Shown in pieces: positions 1 to 9,425 of a DNA stretch of 64,000 nt. The stretch comes from Gemmatimonas sp. (GTDB lineage Bacteria; Gemmatimonadota; Gemmatimonadetes; Gemmatimonadales; Gemmatimonadaceae). A program made the translations under genes and the position numbers. The stretch is taken from positions 3,712,001 through 3,776,000 of the forward strand of contig OZ257156.1 in the NCBI GenBank assembly GCA_965279375.1. Reading direction: 5' to 3'. The notes below the pieces were generated by a model, which was given only the letters and a program-made list of their open reading frames with translations, was not told the DNA's origin and ran no database searches. Each line of letters opens with the position of its first letter. The first letter of the stretch is position 1.

Positions 1-194
1 GCCAAAAACGGATTGTCATCGGAGCGAATGGTCAGCAGATCAAGAAGCTCGGCAAGGTCGCACGGGAGAAGATCGAGCGCTTTGTCGGAGAGCCCGTGTA
101 TCTGGACCTCTGGGTCAAGGTGTTGCCCAACTGGCGGCGCAATCGCGGCGCCGTGTTGCGGCTTGGCTATGGCGATCCCACCGAGCGCGCGTGA
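1..194 (+). CDS. era: GTPase Era, C-terminal KH part (5' truncated by window)
   Basis: Frame 3 reads QKRIVIGANGQQIKKLGKVAREKIERFVGEPVYLDLWVKVLPNWR, the Era KH-domain signature; TGA at 192-194. Confidence 0.9.
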   Translation, partial: QKRIVIGANGQQIKKLGKVAREKIERFVGEPVYLDLWVKVLPNWRRNRGAVLRLGYGDPTERA

Positions 195-1279
195 TTGACG
201 TAGCACACGTCGCCATCGTCCAGCGATGGCGTGATCGGTTCTTCCGGGTGAAGGCGCGTGCTGCGGCAGCCGCTTCGATGAACGCGGCAATCGGCTGCGC
301 GTTCTCTGCCTGCGCGCTCGCCATGACGCTCCCGTCCACTCTGTACGCGCAGAGCAACGGCGGCTTGTTCCTGCTGGCGCCGTTTGGCGCGCGAGCGGTG
401 GGGCAGGGCGAGGCCGTTGTCGCCGACAGCAGCCTTGGAACGGAGGGGCTGTGGTGGAATGCAGCGTCGCTTGCGCGGCTGACGAAGAACGAACTGGCGC
501 TCCACCACTCGCAGACCGTCTTTGCGACGAACGACATGGTAGCCTACGCGCGTCCGTCTCGCGTTCTCGGCACGCTCGCCGCGGCCGCGTACATCGTCAA
601 CTACGGCGACCAGCCAGTGACGCGCGATGGAAGCGACGTGTCGTACGGAACGTCCACGAACCGCAATTACATGCTCGCGCTGTCGTACGCCTCACCAGCG
701 GGAAAGCGTCTGAGCGCTGGGCTCACCTACAAGTTCGTCATGCTGCGCTTTCAGTGCACGGGCGAGTGCGGTGCAGTGCCGGTGCTGTCGGGAAATACGC
801 AGGCACTCGACCTCGGCGTACAGTATCGCCTGCCCTCGGCGATTCCGGTCACGATTGGCGCGGCGCTGCGCAATGTCGGGCCAGCGCTTCAGGTCAAGGA
901 CAAGGAGCAGGCGGACCCGTTGCCGCGCGTGTTGCAGGTCGGTGCGCGCGCACGTCTACCGATCCGTGCGTTGACCGAGGCGGGAGCAACGCTCGATGTC
1001 AGCGCGGATGTGCAGTGCTATACCGCGAGCTGCAGCGGGGACGCCGGCGAGTCCGCGCTTGGCGCGCAGACGGCGGCCCTCGGCGTATCGCTCGGATACC
1101 GTGACGTCGTGTTCCTGCGAGGCGGCTACAAACGGCAATCCGGAGAGGGTGGCGGTCCCTCAATCGGTTTCGGGGTCGAGCGAGGCGGGTTCGGTATCGA
1201 CATCGCGCGCCGATTCGATGCGCTCTCGTCGCAGTTGGGCGATACCCCGACGTACGTATCGCTGCGGGCGCGATTCTGA
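191..1279 (+). CDS. PorV/PorQ-family outer membrane beta-barrel protein
   Basis: Signal peptide, FLLAPFGARAVGQGEA and WWNAASLA motifs, alternating beta strands, C-terminal Phe; true start may be downstream. Confidence 0.7.
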   Translation: MIDVAHVAIVQRWRDRFFRVKARAAAAASMNAAIGCAFSACALAMTLPSTLYAQSNGGLFLLAPFGARAVGQGEAVVADSSLGTEGLWWNAASLARLTKNELALHHSQTVFATNDMVAYARPSRVLGTLAAAAYIVNYGDQPVTRDGSDVSYGTSTNRNYMLALSYASPAGKRLSAGLTYKFVMLRFQCTGECGAVPVLSGNTQALDLGVQYRLPSAIPVTIGAALRNVGPALQVKDKEQADPLPRVLQVGARARLPIRALTEAGATLDVSADVQCYTASCSGDAGESALGAQTAALGVSLGYRDVVFLRGGYKRQSGEGGGPSIGFGVERGGFGIDIARRFDALSSQLGDTPTYVSLRARF

Positions 1280-2247
1280 TGGCGAGCGTGGCCTCATTTG
1301 TCGTGCGATGCAGGATTGATCGAACGCCGCGATCGCTGCGCACGGCGATGTCCGTTATGACCGCGGCTATTACGTCCGTGGCTGCAACGCGTACGCTCCA
1401 GGCACAGCCACTTCAGTCCACGAGCAACTGGCTCGCGGCCGGCCTGCACGCTGCGCAGCCGACGGCTGCGCCAAGCCTGGCGCTGCCAGCGCCCACGGTG
1501 CGTCGCGCGCCTTGGTGGGCTCCTGCGGCATCCGCGTTCGTGCCGGGAAGCGGACAGCTGTTGCTCGGACAGCAGCGCAGCGTCGCGTATCTGGCGGCGG
1601 AGGCCTATCTCGTCCTACAAGCGCTAGCGGCCCAGCGCGACGGCAATCGCGATCGCAGTCGGTACCGATCGCTGGCCAGCGAGATCGCGCGCAAGCCGTT
1701 CGGCGGAGCCAGACCCGTCGGACCGTGGGAGTACTACGAGTCGATGGAGAAGTTCGCCGAAAGTGGCGCGTTCGACATGGTGCCAGGAGGGGCGGTCGAC
1801 CCGGAGACGGATCCCCTGACGTACAACGGGTATCGTTGGCGTTTGGCGAGAGAGACGTACTGGCGCGATCCAAATGTCGCGCCCTCCACGTCCAGTCAGG
1901 AGTACGTGCGCGCATTGAACTTCTACACCTTGCACGCCGTGACTGACGCGTATCGCTGGAGTTGGCGCGATGCGGGACTCGAACAGAACACGTATGGCCA
2001 AACGATTACCTCGGCCAACCGGAGCTATCAACGCGCGGTCAATGTGGTCGGCCTGATAGGGGCGAATCACCTGATGAGCCTCGTGGACGCGTACATCAGC
2101 GTGCGTGTCCGGCGTTTCGGCGGCGCGGGTGTGGCCGGGCTTCAGCTGGATGGCGTTTCAACCGAGCTGGCGACCGTTGGCGACCCCGCGACCGGGCGTC
2201 GTCTGATTCGCTCTTCCGTTCGCCTCGCCCCTTTCGGCCCGCGATAG
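1279..2247 (+). CDS. Hypothetical exported/membrane protein
   Basis: 322-aa ORF coupled to upstream stop; SAFVPGSGQ motif and hydrophobic segments. Confidence 0.6.
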   Translation: MASVASFVVRCRIDRTPRSLRTAMSVMTAAITSVAATRTLQAQPLQSTSNWLAAGLHAAQPTAAPSLALPAPTVRRAPWWAPAASAFVPGSGQLLLGQQRSVAYLAAEAYLVLQALAAQRDGNRDRSRYRSLASEIARKPFGGARPVGPWEYYESMEKFAESGAFDMVPGGAVDPETDPLTYNGYRWRLARETYWRDPNVAPSTSSQEYVRALNFYTLHAVTDAYRWSWRDAGLEQNTYGQTITSANRSYQRAVNVVGLIGANHLMSLVDAYISVRVRRFGGAGVAGLQLDGVSTELATVGDPATGRRLIRSSVRLAPFGPR

Positions 2248-2377
2248 TGTGACGCTTGGCACATCGTGCCGAGCAGTGCGGTTAGATCGTCCTTAGCTCA
2301 CGAGGCATCCGTTTGCGCCGAAGTCCCGTCGACGGGATTCACGACGCCCGGATCGAGGACCAGCAACCGCGAGGCAC

Positions 2378-3403
2378 ATGGCAGATCGTACAGCGTCGGA
2401 GCAGTCGGTGTTGGTCCTGACCAGTGGTCAGGCCACGCCGCCTTGGCTCGATGCCTGGTTTGATTCTGCGCGCATGTCCCGCGCCGTGGTTGCTCTCGGT
2501 GAGGACGTTGTGGGCTTGGCGCTCCGAGGCCGTCCTCGGGCGCTCGTCATCGACGTGCGAGGCGATGACGTCTGGCAGAGCGCCGCATTGCGCGCCTGCC
2601 GTCAACTCAAGGCCGATTCCTTCACGTCCGTCATACCCGTCGTAATGGTGGTGCCGGCCGAGCGTTTCGCTGACGCGTTTTCGAGCGGTGCTGACGAGGT
2701 GCTGCGCGAGACCGTCGAGTCCAGCGAGGCGGAGGCGCGCCTGACGTCCGTGCTACGTCGCAGCGATCGCGATGTCGATGTGCACCCGTCGACGCGCTTG
2801 CCAGGTGCACGCGAGATCGAGGCAGAGCTGGCGCGACGTGTCGCCGCGGGCGAGATATTCGCTGCGTGCTACGCCGATCTGGACCACTTCAAGGAGTTCA
2901 ACGATCGGTACGGTTACCACAATGGCGATCGAGTGATTCGGCTGCTCGCGCAGATTTTGCATGACGTCGTGAAAGGGTGGTGCGGCCCCGAGGGATTTGT
3001 GGGCCACATTGGCGGTGATGATTTTCTGTATGCGGTTCCGGTGGCGGCGATGCCACGAGTGTGCGATGATGTGGTGCGTGTGTTCGACGAGCTGATTGCC
3101 CTGCAGTATTCGGAGCAGGACCGTCGTATGGGATATTTTCTTGGAAAGGATCGGCGCGGTCTGCTGCACCGCGTGCCGCTCATGACGTTGTCCATCGGGG
3201 TCGTCACCAACCAGCGTCGGCGCTTCTCGCGCGCGACGGAGGTCAGCGAATTGGCTACGGAGATGAAGAGCTACGCGAAGACGCTGCCGGGTTCGTTGTG
3301 GACGGTGGATCGTCGGCGTGAAGAGGCGACGCCGGTGGCGATTCCGGTGAGCGAGTTGCTGGCCGATTCGGCACAGCGCCGTGCGGGCGGACTCGGACAA
3401 TGA
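2378..3403 (+). CDS. Diguanylate cyclase with degenerate receiver-like N-terminal domain
   Basis: DLDHFKEFNDRYGYHNGD and GHIGGDDF motifs; GAGG upstream of ATG. Confidence 0.85.
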   Translation: MADRTASEQSVLVLTSGQATPPWLDAWFDSARMSRAVVALGEDVVGLALRGRPRALVIDVRGDDVWQSAALRACRQLKADSFTSVIPVVMVVPAERFADAFSSGADEVLRETVESSEAEARLTSVLRRSDRDVDVHPSTRLPGAREIEAELARRVAAGEIFAACYADLDHFKEFNDRYGYHNGDRVIRLLAQILHDVVKGWCGPEGFVGHIGGDDFLYAVPVAAMPRVCDDVVRVFDELIALQYSEQDRRMGYFLGKDRRGLLHRVPLMTLSIGVVTNQRRRFSRATEVSELATEMKSYAKTLPGSLWTVDRRREEATPVAIPVSELLADSAQRRAGGLGQ

Positions 3404-4179
3404 CCGTTTCGTGCCCTGACTGTCGGTCGGTGTTTCGTGTCGATCCGGCCAAGGTACCGGCGACGGGCGTTCGCGCGCGCTGCTCGGTGTGCGGTGGTGT
3501 GATCTCGATTTCTGGCGGGACGCTGCCGATTGCGGTGACGCCGTCGTCGTCGCGCGCCGTCTCCAGCAGTGCGGTCACGCCGTTGAACAGCCGCACGATG
3601 AACACGCCGCCCGCTCCGGCGGCGGTGATCGCGCCACCCGTGTCGGTGCCGGTGTCCGCTGTACCGACGCCATCGATCGCATCCCGACCCTTTGCGCCGC
3701 CGGTGGCCCCGCCGGTATCGCCTGTGGCGCCAACTCTGATGACGCCGCCAGCGCCTGCCGGAATGACGCCGCTGGCGCCACCGCGTAGCGAACGGAGAAC
3801 CCCGCCGGCGCCTATCGCCGCTGCACCGACTCCGCCGTCGCCTCCGCCGTCGCCTCCGCCGTCGCCTCCGGCACCGGGCGCCCCGGCCAGCGGAACTCCG
3901 GTCGGAGGGAAACGCTCGATCAATCCGTTTCTCAATGCCGACCCGGGCCAGCGCGCGCGACGTCTCGCCCGTGCGCTCGTGTCGGACCTGGTGGCGTACC
4001 ATCCGCAGAAGCGCGAGGACGGCCTGCGCGATGGCACACTTCGACAGCTGTTCCGCGAAGAGATCAAGAAGAGCTACGAGGAGTTCGTCGAGCAGGTGGG
4101 ACGTGAACTCGCAGAGAGCTCACCCCACTTCCAGGATGCGCTGAACGAGATCCTCGGCGGCGGTCGGAAGCTCTTTTAG
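3400..4179 (+). CDS. MJ0042-type zinc-ribbon protein with Pro-rich linker and RomX-like C-terminal domain
   Basis: CPDC...CSVC ribbon, about 130-aa Pro/Ala linker, C-terminal RARRLARALVSDLVAYHP helical domain; ATGA overlap with upstream gene. Confidence 0.75.
   Translation: MTVSCPDCRSVFRVDPAKVPATGVRARCSVCGGVISISGGTLPIAVTPSSSRAVSSSAVTPLNSRTMNTPPAPAAVIAPPVSVPVSAVPTPSIASRPFAPPVAPPVSPVAPTLMTPPAPAGMTPLAPPRSERRTPPAPIAAAPTPPSPPPSPPPSPPAPGAPASGTPVGGKRSINPFLNADPGQRARRLARALVSDLVAYHPQKREDGLRDGTLRQLFREEIKKSYEEFVEQVGRELAESSPHFQDALNEILGGGRKLF
3832..3867 (+). repeat. 12-bp in-frame tandem repeat (CCGCCGTCGCCT)x3 encoding PPSP
   Basis: Three exact copies read directly from the sequence. Confidence 0.9.
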
Positions 4180-4291
4180 TCGTTCGCGGCGCTGCACGCC
4201 GCTGGAAGCACATCGCGACACGAGCTAGCTTTCGAGACTTCGCGTGGCCATCCGGGCCACGTCGTGTCGGTGTCCCGGTGGGTAGCTCGAC

Positions 4292-4320
4292 GAGCCGCTT
4301 TCCAGCACGGAAGGCGGCTC
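4292..4320. other. Stem-loop upstream of prfB
   Basis: GAGCCGCTTTCC-AGCAC-GGAAGGCGGCTC inverted repeat (one G-U pair); no U tract. Confidence 0.5.
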
Positions 4321-4342
4321 AGGTCGTTCATGGAGAATTGGC

Positions 4343-5468
4343 ATGCAGGACGGCGAACGCCTGAAAGTGTTGGCGCGGGCGGAAGAGCGGCTCACAGACA
4401 TGCGGAGGTATCTTTGACGTCGAGTCCAAGCGCTCGACGTTGAACGCCTACGAGAACGAAATGTCGGAAGGCGCCTTCTGGAATGATCAGGAGTATGCCC
4501 GCGATATCGTTCAACAGGTGAAGGTGCTCAAGGGGTGGGTGGAGCCGTTTGACGCGCTTGAAGCGCGCACGCGCTCCGCACGCGAACTCGACGAAATGCT
4601 CGGGCTCGAGCCCGACGAAGCGATGGCGGCCGAGGTGGACGCCGAGGTGGAGCGGATCGCCGAAGAACTCGACGCGTTCGAGTTGCGGACGCTGCTGCGC
4701 GGCAAGGACGACTTCCGAGATGCCCAGCTGGAGATCTCCGCGGGCGCCGGAGGTACTGAAGCGCAGGACTGGGCGCAGATGCTGTATCGCATGTATACGC
4801 GCTGGGCTGAGCGCAAAGGCTTCGCGATCGAGATTCTCGACCTGAGCGAGGGCGAAGAGGCCGGCATCAAGGGCGCGGTGCTCGAGATCAAGGGTCAGTT
4901 CGCGTACGGATTTCTTCGTCCCGAGTCCGGTGTACATCGTCTGGTGCGCATTTCGCCGTTCGATGCGCAGGCGCGCCGCCACACGAGTTTTGCGTCGGTG
5001 TTCGTGTATCCCGTCGTGAACGAAGAAATCAACATCGAGATTCGCGAAGAGGATTTACGCATCGACGTGTATCGCGCTTCTGGCGCCGGCGGTCAGCACG
5101 TCAACAAGACGTCGTCTGCGGTGCGCATCACGCACTTGCCGAGCGGCATCGTGACAGCGTCTCAGGCGGAACGTTCGCAGTTCAAGAACAAGGCGACGGC
5201 GATGAAGCAGCTGAAGAACCGGCTGTATCAGCTCGAAGCAGACAAGCAGGCGGCGGTGAAGGCTGCATTCGACGCGAACAAGCAGGACGTGTCATTCGGC
5301 AGCCAGATTCGCAGCTATGTGTTCCAGCCGTACACGATGGTCAACGATCACCGGACGGAGTTGAAGATCCCCGACGTGCAGAAGATCATGGACGGTGCCA
5401 TCGACCCGCTCATTCAGGCGTATCTCAAGATGGAGAGCGCCGCCGGAGCCGAGGACAACGCAGGATGA
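4343..5468 (+). CDS. prfB: Peptide chain release factor 2, expressed via programmed +1 frameshift
   Basis: ATG 4343 after GGAG; frame 0 ends CTT TGA C at 4412-4418; +1 frame carries SPF and GGQ motifs. Confidence 0.97.
4404..4418 (+). promoter_or_regulatory. RF2 frameshift cassette (internal Shine-Dalgarno plus slippery site)
   Basis: GGAGG-TAT-CTT-TGA-C, canonical spacing. Confidence 0.95.
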
Positions 5469-6952
5469 GTGACGATCTGAATTTCCTGATGAAGGCGCGT
5501 CGCGAAAAGCTCGACCGCCTTCGTGAGAGCGGAACGGAGCCGTTCGCGTACTCGTACGATCGCACGCATTCGAGCGTCGAGGCGATTGCTGCGCTGGGCG
5601 ATGCCGACGAAGGACCGTCGGTGTCGGTCGCAGGGCGCCTCACGTCCTGGCGCAGCCAAGGCAAGACGGCGTTCGCGCATCTCGCCGACATGGACGGCCG
5701 CATACAGTTGTATTTCCGTCGCGACGAGATCGGCGAAGCCGCGTGGGCGCAGCTGGCGGAATACGATCTGGGCGACTGGGTCGGTGTGCGCGGCACGACC
5801 ATGCGTACGCGCACCGGTGAGGCGACGGTGCGAGTCACGGAGAGCACGCTGCTGTCGAAGTCGCTGCGTCCGCTGCCGTACGGCAAGGAAGCGGTCGTGG
5901 ACGGCAAGACCGTTCGCTATTCCGGCTTTGCCGACACAGAGCTGCGCGCGCGTCAGCGCTATGCCGACCTCGCCGTGCATCCCGAAGTGCGCGCGTTGTT
6001 TCGTGCGCGTTCGCTGCTCACGCGCACGGTGCGCCAGCATCTCGATGGCCTTGGGTACCTCGAAGTCGAGACGCCGGTGTTGCAGCCGCTGTACGGCGGA
6101 GCGGCCGCGCGGCCGTTCATCACGCATCACAACACGCTCGACATGCCGCTGTATCTGCGCATCGCTGACGAGCTGTATCTCAAGCGGCTGATTGTGGGCG
6201 GGTTCGAGCGCGTGTACGAGATCGGGCACGACTTCCGCAATGAAGGCATCGATCGCACGCACAATCCCGAGTTCACGATGCTCGAGTTCTACGAGGCCTT
6301 CGCGGACTACACGGTGATGATGGAGCGCGTGGAGTCGCTGCTGGTAGCGGCGGCCGAAGCGGTTCGCGACGTGCCGGTCGTGGGCGAGAAGGTGCCGACG
6401 CTGGTGACACCGTTTCCGCGCATCGAATGGGCGGGATCGCTGTCGAAGGCTGCCGGCGTGGACATCATGACGCTCGATGATGCGGCGTTGCGCGGCGTTG
6501 CCGAGCGTATCGGCGTGGCGAAGGTGTCGACGCTGAGTCGCCCGAAGGTTCTGGATGAGATGTTCCAGGAACTCGTGGAGTCGCGCATCGACACGCCGAC
6601 GTTCGTGGTCGACTATCCGATCGAGTTGTCACCGTTGGCCAAGCCAAAGCGTGGGAGCCCGGGCTTGACGGAGCGCTTCGAGTTGTTCGCGCGCGGCAAG
6701 GAATTGGCGAACGCCTTCTCCGAGCTGAACGACCCGATCGACCAGCGTCAGCGCTTCGAGGCGCAGGCGCGTCTGCGCGATGCCGGCGATGATGAGGCCA
6801 GCGGTGTGGACGAGGACTATCTGCGCGCGATGGAGTATGGCATGCCGCCGACGGGTGGTGTCGGAATCGGGATCGATCGGTTGTTCATGTATCTCACCGA
6901 TACAGCGAACATTCGCGACGTGATCCTGTTTCCAACGATGCGCCCCGAATAG
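5465..6952 (+). CDS. lysS: Lysine--tRNA ligase (class II)
   Basis: YLRIADELYLKRLIVGG, FRNEGID, HNPEFTMLEFY, GMPPTGGVGIGIDRL. Confidence 0.98.
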   Translation: MSDDLNFLMKARREKLDRLRESGTEPFAYSYDRTHSSVEAIAALGDADEGPSVSVAGRLTSWRSQGKTAFAHLADMDGRIQLYFRRDEIGEAAWAQLAEYDLGDWVGVRGTTMRTRTGEATVRVTESTLLSKSLRPLPYGKEAVVDGKTVRYSGFADTELRARQRYADLAVHPEVRALFRARSLLTRTVRQHLDGLGYLEVETPVLQPLYGGAAARPFITHHNTLDMPLYLRIADELYLKRLIVGGFERVYEIGHDFRNEGIDRTHNPEFTMLEFYEAFADYTVMMERVESLLVAAAEAVRDVPVVGEKVPTLVTPFPRIEWAGSLSKAAGVDIMTLDDAALRGVAERIGVAKVSTLSRPKVLDEMFQELVESRIDTPTFVVDYPIELSPLAKPKRGSPGLTERFELFARGKELANAFSELNDPIDQRQRFEAQARLRDAGDDEASGVDEDYLRAMEYGMPPTGGVGIGIDRLFMYLTDTANIRDVILFPTMRPE

Positions 6953-6959
6953 CGCCGCG

Positions 6960-8210
6960 GTGACCCGACTCGAGTTCTCCATCGCATGGCGATACCTGCG
7001 CAGTCGGCGTGGGTCGCGTTTGCTCTCGCTCATCAGCGTCATAGCCATCGGTGGCGTCTTGGTGGGCGTGAGCGCGTTGATCGTGATCATGGGCGTGATG
7101 ACCGGTTTGCAGCGCGATCTGCGCGACAAGATTCTTGTCGGCAGTGCGGACATTCAGGTGCTGCCGTACGGTTCCGGGCTACGTCTCTCCAACTGGGCGG
7201 TAGTGCGTGACAAGGTGCGAGCCTCGGACGGCATCGCTCGGGCTGCACCGTTCGTGCAAACGCAGGGGCTGGTGCGCAATCTCGCGGGCTTTCGTACCGG
7301 TGCCGCGGTCGTGGGCATCCTGCCGCAGGGGACTCCCGGCGCTGACGTCACCTCCATTCGGAGTCACGTCGTGCTGGGAGATTTCACCTTCAAGCGCGAT
7401 AGCGTGAATCTGCCGGGCGCCGTACTCGGCAAGCTGCTCGCTTCCAAGCTGAACGCCTTTCCCGGCGACACCATCGTGTTGCTGGGTGAAGGCGGACTCG
7501 AGATGAACGCGGCGACCGGTGCGATCATTCCGCGCGCCGACAGCATGGTGGTGTCGGGAGTCTTCGAGACGTTGATGTACGAGTATGACAACAACTACAT
7601 CTATCTCGATCTTCCCGTGGCGCAGCGCTTTGCCGGACTAGGCGAGGATGTGACGGGTATCGAGGCGAAGACCATCGATCGCTGGAAGGCGCCGGCGATC
7701 GCGGAGTCGCTGCGAGTATCGCTCGACGCGCCGGTACGCGCGGTGGATTGGCAGGAGCAGAATCGCTCGCTGTTTTCCGCGCTCAAGCTCGAGAAGCTGG
7801 GCATGGGTGTGATCCTGCTGCTGATCGTGATCGTGGCGGCCTTCAACATCGTGGGGACTTTGACGATGGTCGTGGCCGACAAGACGCGCGAAATCGGCAT
7901 CCTGCGTGCGATGGGCATGCCGGCGCGATCGATCCGACGGATTTTCCTGATGCAGGGGATTCTCGTGGGTGCGGTGGGTACGGGTGGTGGACTGCTGTTG
8001 GGGCTCACCGTAGCGTTGCTCCTCGAACACTACCAACTGATCGCACTCGATCCGTCGATTTACTTCATCGACCATCTGCCGGTGACCACACAGCCGCTCG
8101 ACGTGTTGATGATCGTGGCGGCGAGCATGGCCATCGCGACGCTGGCGACGCTGTATCCGGCGGCGCAGGCGGCGCGCATGTATCCCGTGGACGCCATTCG
8201 TCATGATTGA
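6960..8210 (+). CDS. lolC: Lipoprotein-releasing ABC transporter permease LolC/E (single LolF-type subunit)
   Basis: IAWRYLR N-terminus, VAAFNIVGTLTMVVADKTREIGILRAMG, YPAAQAARMYPVDAIR. Confidence 0.9.
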   Translation: MTRLEFSIAWRYLRSRRGSRLLSLISVIAIGGVLVGVSALIVIMGVMTGLQRDLRDKILVGSADIQVLPYGSGLRLSNWAVVRDKVRASDGIARAAPFVQTQGLVRNLAGFRTGAAVVGILPQGTPGADVTSIRSHVVLGDFTFKRDSVNLPGAVLGKLLASKLNAFPGDTIVLLGEGGLEMNAATGAIIPRADSMVVSGVFETLMYEYDNNYIYLDLPVAQRFAGLGEDVTGIEAKTIDRWKAPAIAESLRVSLDAPVRAVDWQEQNRSLFSALKLEKLGMGVILLLIVIVAAFNIVGTLTMVVADKTREIGILRAMGMPARSIRRIFLMQGILVGAVGTGGGLLLGLTVALLLEHYQLIALDPSIYFIDHLPVTTQPLDVLMIVAASMAIATLATLYPAAQAARMYPVDAIRHD

Positions 8211-8940
8211 GGCAACGGTGCGCGCGGAGCCGAGCACGCAACCGATCGTTGTCGACGTCGAGGAGCTCATCAAGGAGTTCCGGGCGGTCGACGGGAGCGC
8301 GATCCGCGTCGTGGACGGGGTGTCATTGCAGGTTCGTCGTGGCGAGATGGTGGCGATCGTCGGAGCGAGCGGTTCGGGGAAGAGCACGCTCTTGCACCTG
8401 TTGGGCGCGCTCGAGCGTCCTACTTCCGGGCGAGTCACGCTCGGCGGGCAGCGGGTGGAAGAGCTGGCCGACGATGCGTTGGCCGCGCTCAGGAACCGTG
8501 CGGTGGGCTTCGTGTTTCAGTTTCATCACCTCCTCCGTGAATTCTCGGCGCTGGAGAACGTGATGATGCCGCTGCGGATTGCCGGCGTGTCGGATCGGGC
8601 GGCGAAGGAGCGCGCGGAAGGACTGCTGGAGCGGGTCGGGTTGTCGGCGCGACGGGGACACCGGCCGACGGAGATGTCGGGTGGAGAGCAGCAGCGGGCC
8701 GCCGTCGCCCGCGCGCTGGCGGCAGAGCCATCGCTGCTCTTGGCAGACGAGCCGAGCGGCAACCTGGATTTGCAGAACGCCGAGCGATTGCACGATCTCT
8801 TTGCGGAGTTGGCGCAGGATCGAACGCTTGGTGTGGTGGTGGTGACTCACAATCAGTCCCTCGCGGCGCGAGCGGATCGAGCGCTATTGTTGGAAGGAGG
8901 CAGGTTGGCCGTCACGGATGGACAGCGGATGGGGGGCTGA
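8203..8940 (+). CDS. lolD: Lipoprotein-releasing ABC transporter ATPase
   Basis: GASGSGKST, GFVFQFHHLL, MSGGEQQR, LLADEP. Confidence 0.92.
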   Translation: MIEATVRAEPSTQPIVVDVEELIKEFRAVDGSAIRVVDGVSLQVRRGEMVAIVGASGSGKSTLLHLLGALERPTSGRVTLGGQRVEELADDALAALRNRAVGFVFQFHHLLREFSALENVMMPLRIAGVSDRAAKERAEGLLERVGLSARRGHRPTEMSGGEQQRAAVARALAAEPSLLLADEPSGNLDLQNAERLHDLFAELAQDRTLGVVVVTHNQSLAARADRALLLEGGRLAVTDGQRMGG

Positions 8941-9425
8941 TGGTCTGCGACACATGCAAGGAGCGCGACGCGGTCGTGCACCTGACACGCATCGTGGAGA
9001 ACGCGGTGACACAGCTGCACCTGTGCGAGAAGTGCGCGGCCGAGAAGGGCGTCGAGACGACGCTCGCGACGCCACAGCATCCGCTGGGTGACATTCTGCA
9101 GGCCGTGCAGCAGCAGGCGTCGACGACGGCCGAGGATTCAGCGGCGTGCGCGTTTTGCGGCTCCACGTCGCGGGACTTTCGCGCGTCTGGGCGGCTTGGA
9201 TGTCCGCATTGCTACGATGCGATGGAGCGGAGCCTGCGCGAGCTGCTACGGCGGTTGCACGGAAGTTCGAAGCATGTCGGCGTACGCTACGAGCCGCCGT
9301 CGGCTCATGTGCATGCGAAGCCGGATACTCTGCACGACTTGCACGATCGGTTGCATCGCGCGATCGCGTCGGAACAGTTCGAGTTGGCCGCGGAGCTGCG
9401 CGACCGGATCAAGGTGCTTGAATGA
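8940..9425 (+). CDS. mcsA: McsA protein-arginine kinase activator (CxxC motifs plus UVR domain)
   Basis: Four CxxC pairs, GRLGCPHCY, EQFELAAELRDRIK. Confidence 0.92.
   Translation: MVCDTCKERDAVVHLTRIVENAVTQLHLCEKCAAEKGVETTLATPQHPLGDILQAVQQQASTTAEDSAACAFCGSTSRDFRASGRLGCPHCYDAMERSLRELLRRLHGSSKHVGVRYEPPSAHVHAKPDTLHDLHDRLHRAIASEQFELAAELRDRIKVLE

Noticed and set aside
2256..2272. Sigma-54 promoter TTGGCAC...GC upstream of the GGDEF gene
   Set aside because: GG-to-GC spacing is 8 nt, not the required 10; it is only a short inverted repeat
2860..3030. Hypr-type cGAMP-producing GGDEF enzyme
   Set aside because: The guanine-specifying Asp is retained (YHNGD); Hypr enzymes have Ser/Thr there
3832..3867. 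Tandem repeat as a CRISPR or phase-variation element
   Set aside because: In-frame 12-mer without spacers in a Pro-rich linker; copy changes would only alter linker length
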